Of a stretch of 64,000 bases of DNA, positions 59,601 to 64,000 are shown piece after piece; the stretch's first letter is position 1; every line of letters begins with the position of its first letter. Made by a program: the position numbers and the translations under genes. The notes under the pieces were generated by a model, which ran no database searches, was not told the DNA's origin, and saw nothing but the letters and a program-made list of their open reading frames with translations. This DNA is from Candidatus Binatia bacterium (lineage in GTDB: Bacteria > Desulfobacterota > Binatia > Bin18), in assembly GCA_963664395.2 (NCBI GenBank), contig OY761159.2, forward strand, positions 3,744,001-3,808,000. Reading direction: 5' to 3'.

Positions 59601-60232
59601 TCTGTGGTTTTTTATCTGACGCGGTGTATGAAGGCCGTCTCCACGCCGCCCCGCACACAGTCAAGCGCCGGGTGTGTGTCCCGCAATCAGAGACCTGTAC
59701 TATTACTCAAGAAGCCGGTCTGGTTTTCGTCCCTGTTACACACGAAGGCAATACGCAAGGCAGTGACGAGGAAGTGCAGACTATTTGCACGGTCGTTGCT
59801 GAACTCCTTGGCCGGGACCTGACTGATACGAGCGGGCAGCGTGTGCGGCAATTGGAGCTGTCCGATATTTTGTGCGTTGCGCCGTACAATATGCAGGTCC
59901 GAAAACTCCAGGCCACTTTGGGACCGGATGCCAGGGTCGGTTCAGTCGATAAATTTCAGGGCCAGGAAGCGCCGGTCGTCATTCTCTCCATGTGCGCCAG
60001 TCAGGGCGACACGTCTCCACGCGGGATAGACTTTCTGTTTCACAAAAATCGGCTCAACGTGGCACTCTCACGCGCGCAGAGTCTGGCCATCGTTGTTGCC
60101 AGTCCGGCCCTGGCCCAGACCCGCTGTCGGTCACTGGCCCACATGGAACAGGTGAATCTGTTTTGTCGCGTGATGGAGGAGGGAAAACAACAAAACGTGG
60201 CCGACTCGTCTTCCTCTTCATTTGCTGGTTAG
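56687..60232 (+). CDS. TM0106-family RecB-like nuclease / RNase H-like / SF1 helicase fusion
   Basis: PDFL..DAK..QLCCY; FFDMEG..YSIK..YNRDDC; QGPPGSGKT, VDEAGQ, DKFQGQE, RLNVALSRA. Confidence 0.9.
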   Translation: MHKYNGRYCYSPTDLNEFIVSPFATWMSRYALDYSDDLAQPDPEPLLLTTLAERGRQHEQACLAQLQQEGHEIYTPPAGRNQAERVQATIAAMQAGREVIYQGYLYQGYLYQGCLQNHPVRNAPHDDAPPAYLLGQPDFLVRTDGASALGNYRYEVWDAKLAMQPSPAFMIQLCCYADMLRTAQERWPDSIVLWLGSGERRRFRTADFIYYYLVLKRVFLAYMQHFDPDVQPSPELGGDYGRWTSHAAQLLERADHLSRVANISVSQIQKLNAAGIPTLTSLAESALRHVPRVDDAVFARLKEQAQLQSASVGAEQPAYRILIPDPPSQRRGLALLPPASPGDIFFDMEGYPLVKGGLEYLFGALSLNDGLFHDWWAHTSDQERQAFCGFIDWAYARWQADPTMHIYHYANYEVAALRRLMGRYGSREAEVDMLLRHEVCVDVYAVVRHGVRVGEPHYSIKNLEHLYRPARAGEVTSAVDSIAAYEHWLASGEAQDWSASPLLQAIRAYNRDDCESTWQLTCWLRERQQEAGIAWIPKQAEPLEVSEVPDPLADPASPQALAQTLLAEIPPAPERHAEAARWQTQELLGHMLEFHRREAKPSWWAMFDRHAMTEEELVQDINCLGGLTRLSQPPEPIKRSQGFWYGFDPHQDTKLDVGAQCYFAHDLEVKVPIHALDRERGRICLKFGPSRLKQFSNRLPPDSLALIPDEYVSAQVIEDAVLDIVQAWQEKNDLPAALHDFILRRPPRLQQRRNHADDTALVAPDTDLSAAAIQLAEVLDHSTLCVQGPPGSGKTTIAARMILTLLDQGKRIGITANSHAAILNLMRTCKELRQGQLACVKIGGSAQGRFFELCPEARYVPRVRDVFSHLEQFRLIGGTAWAFSDPGLRGRLDYLFVDEAGQVSVANLIGMAAATSNIILFGDQMQLGQPIQGSHPGESGLSILEYLLQGKATIPPDMGVFLGTTWRLHPEICGFLSDAVYEGRLHAAPHTVKRRVCVPQSETCTITQEAGLVFVPVTHEGNTQGSDEEVQTICTVVAELLGRDLTDTSGQRVRQLELSDILCVAPYNMQVRKLQATLGPDARVGSVDKFQGQEAPVVILSMCASQGDTSPRGIDFLFHKNRLNVALSRAQSLAIVVASPALAQTRCRSLAHMEQVNLFCRVMEEGKQQNVADSSSSSFAG
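56987..57031. repeat. 15-bp tandem triplication (YQGYL)
   Basis: TATCAGGGCT(A/G)CCTG x3. Confidence 0.93.
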
Positions 60233-60402
60233 TCCTCGGGATCGCCCAGCTGCTTCTCCCACGCCATTTTCGCTACATACAGAAACACACCGCCGATGCC
60301 TACCAAGACAAGACCCTTGAGATCGCCCTGACGCAGATAATCAAAGCTCTGCATAAAGCACAGAAAACTGCCGACCACGAGTCCGATGGCTGTCCCCTTC
60401 AT
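60229..60402 (-). CDS. Small 2-TM protein (57 aa; not in ORF track)
   Basis: GGAGGGAG RBS; MKGTAIGLVVGSFLCFMQSFDYLRQGDLKGLVLVGIGGVFLYVAKMAWEKQLGDPED. Confidence 0.6.
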   Translation of the reverse strand: MKGTAIGLVVGSFLCFMQSFDYLRQGDLKGLVLVGIGGVFLYVAKMAWEKQLGDPED

Positions 60403-60550
60403 GGCTCAACTCCCTCCAGCCGGAGATACGAGTATCCTCATCTCATACGGGATGAGCCGCCGTCAAGCCTGGGTCAAGTCCAGGTCTGGAGGGAGCGGTA
60501 TGCCGAAGCGGGGTGAGGGGCAGGCGCGAAGCCGTATGCATAGTCCGCGC

Positions 60551-61999
60551 TCACTCGTTTGACACCGCTCGACACGCCGCCCGAATATCCTCCAGACACA
60601 TCTCCATGCGATCCTGGTGGGTCCGAAAACATAAGGCACAGATACGGAGGGCAAACCGGTCGCCCAGCATCGTGCCGGTCAGCAGGACTCGTTTGCGGGC
60701 ATTAATGGCTTCAAGCCAGATGTGATTCAGCTCGTTGAGCGCCGGAGCATCTAATCCAGGTCGGTTCAGCCGAAAGGCGACAATGGATAATTGTGGTTCG
60801 GCAATGATTTCAATATCCGGGATTTTTTTGAGTTCCGCTGTGGCCCAGGCAGTAAGATCGAGTTTTTCATCCAGGGCCTGACGAAACGGCCGAATGCCGT
60901 GCATCTTGAGTGGCAGCCAGACGCGCAGCCCCCGAAAGTCGCGTGAGAGCTCAGGGGAGATCTGGCAGAAGTCCACACAGTCAGGATCATCCTGCATGGT
61001 CGGCAGATAGGCTGCCGCCGCACCACTATGCGCCCGCTTGAGCGCCTCGCGCTCCCGCACAAGAAGGGACCCGGTGCCAAAGGGGAGGAAGAGGCCCTTA
61101 TGCGGGTCAAGGGTAATCGAATCCGCCTGCTCAATCCCGCGTAATCGAGCCCGACCCCGCTGGGTCAGCATAAAGAAGCCACCGTACGCAGCATCAATAT
61201 GCAGCCATAGCTCTTGTTGGTGAGCAATATGAGCCAAGGCAGTGAGATCGTCTACTGCGCCCGTATTGGTTGTCCCTGCATTTCCGAGAATGAGAAACGG
61301 CGTGAGACCTGCCTGCCGGTCTGCTTCAATGTGGTGTTGTAAGGCGTCAAGGCGTATCCGGAATTGTTCGTCGGTTGGAATCTCCCGGACGTTGTGAGCG
61401 GGAAACCCGGCCAGGAGGGCCGCCTTTTGAACTGAATGGTGGGTCTGGCTGGACGTATACATGCTGCCAGCCAGAAAATTCTCGGGCAGACGCTCGCGGC
61501 GGGCGGTAAAAATGGCTGAGAAATTCGCCAATGACCCACCTGTAGTCAGAAACCCACCGGCAGAAGGCGGATAGCCAACAATAGCGCAGAACCACCGCAC
61601 GACATTGGCTTCAAGCTGGGCCAGCCCTGGGGCCGCGGCCCAGACGCCGACGTAACGATTCACTGCGTCACTAATCAAGTCAGCCACTGCGGCATGAAAA
61701 ATACCGCCACCGGGCACGTAGGCTAAATAGCCTGGTCCGGCACAGTTGAAACTGCGTGGGATGGCAGTATGGAAGAGAGAGTGCAGCAACTCGGGATAGG
61801 CTTGTCCATGCTCAGGCAGGGGTTCCCGCAAGCTGCGGGCGAGTTCGGCTCCGCCTTCGGTATGGGCTGCCGGCTGGTCCGGTAACGAGTCGATGTGGGC
61901 AATAATATGCTGCATCGCCTGGTCAACCAGGGAACGCATCTCGTCAGCCGAGGGCTCAAGAGGAAAAGTGGGATTCAAACCTATGCTACGTCCCGGCAT
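60551..61999 (-). CDS. Group II PLP-dependent decarboxylase (aromatic-L-amino-acid decarboxylase-like)
   Basis: GGSLAN, HHSV.KA, GTTNTGAVD, HIDAAYG, DPHK (PLP Lys); true start may be TTG 61978. Confidence 0.9.
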   Translation of the reverse strand: MPGRSIGLNPTFPLEPSADEMRSLVDQAMQHIIAHIDSLPDQPAAHTEGGAELARSLREPLPEHGQAYPELLHSLFHTAIPRSFNCAGPGYLAYVPGGGIFHAAVADLISDAVNRYVGVWAAAPGLAQLEANVVRWFCAIVGYPPSAGGFLTTGGSLANFSAIFTARRERLPENFLAGSMYTSSQTHHSVQKAALLAGFPAHNVREIPTDEQFRIRLDALQHHIEADRQAGLTPFLILGNAGTTNTGAVDDLTALAHIAHQQELWLHIDAAYGGFFMLTQRGRARLRGIEQADSITLDPHKGLFLPFGTGSLLVREREALKRAHSGAAAAYLPTMQDDPDCVDFCQISPELSRDFRGLRVWLPLKMHGIRPFRQALDEKLDLTAWATAELKKIPDIEIIAEPQLSIVAFRLNRPGLDAPALNELNHIWLEAINARKRVLLTGTMLGDRFALRICALCFRTHQDRMEMCLEDIRAACRAVSNE

Positions 62000-62528
62000 G
62001 TGGCTCGCCTTGTAATAGCATATCTACGCATTGCCGAACGGCATCCGCTGCCTTTTCGCGCAGGGTAGCCTCGGTATTGCTGGCAATGGGGTGGGGAATA
62101 ATAGCAAAAGGGTAGTCGGGTAGACCCTGGACAGTGGCCATGGCTTTGGCCGTCGGGACAAAGAGATCGGTAATAATGGCGGTGGCAACTACGCCAGCCT
62201 TTTCTGCGGTAATGGCATCGTGCAGACTGCACGATGAACAGCTGCCTCAATCACCGACCGCGGAAATGACCGCATCGCACGCTGTGAAACCTTCAATGAC
62301 GTCATCCGGAGCCGGACGGCTGGCATCCGGTTTATGCAAGCGTATGACGGTGCTGACACCGTGTTGTGAACGCAGTAATTCTTCGACGTGATCGAGCAGC
62401 GTGTCTACATTGAGCTTGCTGTTGTCGAGCAGGCCGACCGTCCGTCCGGACAGAGAGGGTAAACGGGGGACGACCTCTTCCGTTGTGTGGATACTGTCAA
62501 AAGTGGGATCAAGAACACGCAGTGTCAT
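61986..62528 (-). CDS. UGSC-family selenoprotein (180 aa, Sec94)
   Basis: VGLLDNSKLN..AVGD-U(TGA 62249-62247)-GSCSSCSLHD..EKAG..HP..; frame stays open to TAG at 61988-61986; AGGAGG RBS. Confidence 0.9.
62216..62236 (-). promoter_or_regulatory. Putative SECIS element (UGSC gene)
   Basis: CATCGTGCA-GTC-TGCACGATG, perfect 9-bp stem starting 10 nt after the TGA. Confidence 0.8.
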
Positions 62529-63622
62529 AGCCCTCCTCCTTTTGTTCCTCTATCGGGTTTCGGGGTTTCCGGGTTTCCGGGTTTCGGGGTTTCGATGAGC
62601 TGAGTCACGGCCTGTGACCGAGATCCCAACCACGGCGGCACAATGGCCCCAAACCCACCCGCCGGGCCTCCGGCGGCAACAACGAGTAAATCGTCGGCTG
62701 AGCGTAAGGCGCTGAAGCGTTGGTCTGCTCCCTTGCCCATGTTGACGATTTTCTTCTTTCCCACCGTGGCCCAGTCGCGGCGCACAACGCGGGCTGAATG
62801 GTAGACATACTCCTGAATATCGTGCTTTTGCCAACCCGCGGCTGCAATGAGGTCGCGCAATTGTTTAGGGATGAGTACGGCATAATTCCCCGCCCAGATC
62901 GAATAGGTCAACATATTGTGACGCATCTCTGCGGCAAAGGTCTCGACGATTTCTTCCGGGTCGCGGGTCCATTCGTTCATGGTCTGGTGTGGGGATTCGC
63001 CCGCCATAACGGTTACGGCCGACGCCCCGGCTGGAATGCCACGCTGTTGAGCCAAGGGAGTCCACGGCGTGTCTTCTTCGTCTTCAGCAATACAGAAGGT
63101 GAATTTACCTGGATGACCGAGGGTGGATCGATCGAGTTGTCCAGGCACACAGCCAAGCACGTTAATGAGCATGAGGCGAATGGCGCGACCAATGCTGGCA
63201 TTGGCCCGATTGCTATTGCCCAAGACATTATGGGTCGCGTTGAGCCCTATACTCCGACGAACAGGTCCGTTGACCACGATAAACTGGGCACTGCCACCGG
63301 TGCTCGCCGTGCTGCCGTGCAGGTTGAACTCTGGCTGACACATGGCTTTGATAACGGCGGCGACGACGGGCATATAGGCCGGCAGACAGCCCGCCATCAC
63401 CGCATTGATGGCGACCTTCTCCGCGGTAATCGGACGTTGGCGGACTGACTCTACGCCAACAACAGCGCCGGGTGCTAAGCCAGCCGCATTGAGACAGGCG
63501 TGCACGGCTTCCTCCGTTGGTGGAAGAATGGGCAGTCCGTCTGTCCAGCCGCGTTGGGAATACACGTCATTCACGGCTACGCCGTCTTCGAGGTCGTATG
63601 TTGGAGACCGCAAGTGCGCCAC
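62525..63622 (-). CDS. UGSC-associated protein of unknown function (365 aa)
   Basis: GWTDGLPILPPT, EKVAINAVMAGC, VNGP, RANASIGRA, TLGHPGK, VAAGG; stop overlaps the UGSC start (ATGA). Confidence 0.8.
   Translation of the reverse strand: MAHLRSPTYDLEDGVAVNDVYSQRGWTDGLPILPPTEEAVHACLNAAGLAPGAVVGVESVRQRPITAEKVAINAVMAGCLPAYMPVVAAVIKAMCQPEFNLHGSTASTGGSAQFIVVNGPVRRSIGLNATHNVLGNSNRANASIGRAIRLMLINVLGCVPGQLDRSTLGHPGKFTFCIAEDEEDTPWTPLAQQRGIPAGASAVTVMAGESPHQTMNEWTRDPEEIVETFAAEMRHNMLTYSIWAGNYAVLIPKQLRDLIAAAGWQKHDIQEYVYHSARVVRRDWATVGKKKIVNMGKGADQRFSALRSADDLLVVAAGGPAGGFGAIVPPWLGSRSQAVTQLIETPKPGNPETPKPDRGTKGGGL
62554..62593. repeat. 8-bp tandem repeat x5 at the 3' end of the UGSC partner gene
   Basis: (C/G)GGGTTTC five times. 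Confidence 0.9.
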
Positions 63623-63625
63623 TGG

Positions 63626-64000
63626 CTATTCCTTTCGTTTCTGTGTCTCGCGCAACAAATAGGGCAGCAGCGGCACCATAACAAGTAGGGGAATACTCAC
63701 TAGGACCGCGGCCCAGAGCACACCCAGGTGCTCTGTGATATAGCCTCCTGACCATGGTCCTAACACGATGCCAAGACTAAACGCCATATTATAAAACCCA
63801 AAGGCTTTGCCGGACTGCCCTTCGGTGAGATGGTCCACCATCAATGGCAGGGTGGGGACAAGGGCTGCTGACAGGGCAATGATCGTCGCCAGCGCAAGGG
63901 GGAAAAGCCAGACCGAATCAAGGGCGTAAAAAAGGCTGGGAGTGAGGACCGCCGCGGCGAGAAGGCCGCATTGGATGGGTTCTCGTCGCCCGCGTCGGTC
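63626..64000 (-). CDS. MFS transporter, C-terminal part (runs off the window)
   Basis: DRRGRR loop motif, GKAFGFYN..FSLG..LGP..GG. Confidence 0.8.
   Translation of the reverse strand, partial: DRRGRREPIQCGLLAAAVLTPSLFYALDSVWLFPLALATIIALSAALVPTLPLMVDHLTEGQSGKAFGFYNMAFSLGIVLGPWSGGYITEHLGVLWAAVLVSIPLLVMVPLLPYLLRETQKRKE

Overview
Bacterial chromosomal window of moderately high GC. Gene content (acyl-CoA dehydrogenases, MaoC, LLM, amidohydrolase, an ankyrin lipoprotein, delta-proteobacterial-type Fur boxes) suggests a Desulfobacterota/Binatota-like, possibly host-associated organism; this is inference only. It carries housekeeping genes (PBP1B-like, tsaD, rsmA, nuoF/nuoG, xth, lrp-gltB-gltD, ilvB, nadE, rsmI), an iron cluster (feoA-feoB-Cys-rich peptide, CDGSH, atypical bacterioferritin) with Fur-like boxes, tRNA-Ser(GCT), tRNA-Arg(ACG), and a corrinoid locus (cobQ, cobB, cobalamin riboswitch, btuBFCD). 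The main hidden signal is three genes that the ORF track splits at an in-frame TGA: a PrdB/GrdB-like protein (U-P-V-C), a glutaredoxin (U-G-F-C) and a UGSC-family protein (U-G-S-C-S-S-C). Each TGA is followed by the same compact hairpin: a perfect 7-9 bp stem with a G-initiated 3-nt loop starting 19-21 nt after the UGA. These are very likely selenoproteins with a shared SECIS. The UGSC gene lies in an apparent operon (MFS transporter, 365-aa partner, UGSC, PLP-dependent decarboxylase), the best candidate here for an uncharacterised Sec-dependent system. Also seen: a four-repeat surface protein with an indel-riddled 5' region, a signal-peptide-bearing PD-(D/E)XK-like protein, many short tandem duplications (including 7x DSPA in GltB), GTAG-type REP-like palindromes and several gene remnants. 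All calls are by eye; no database searches were run.
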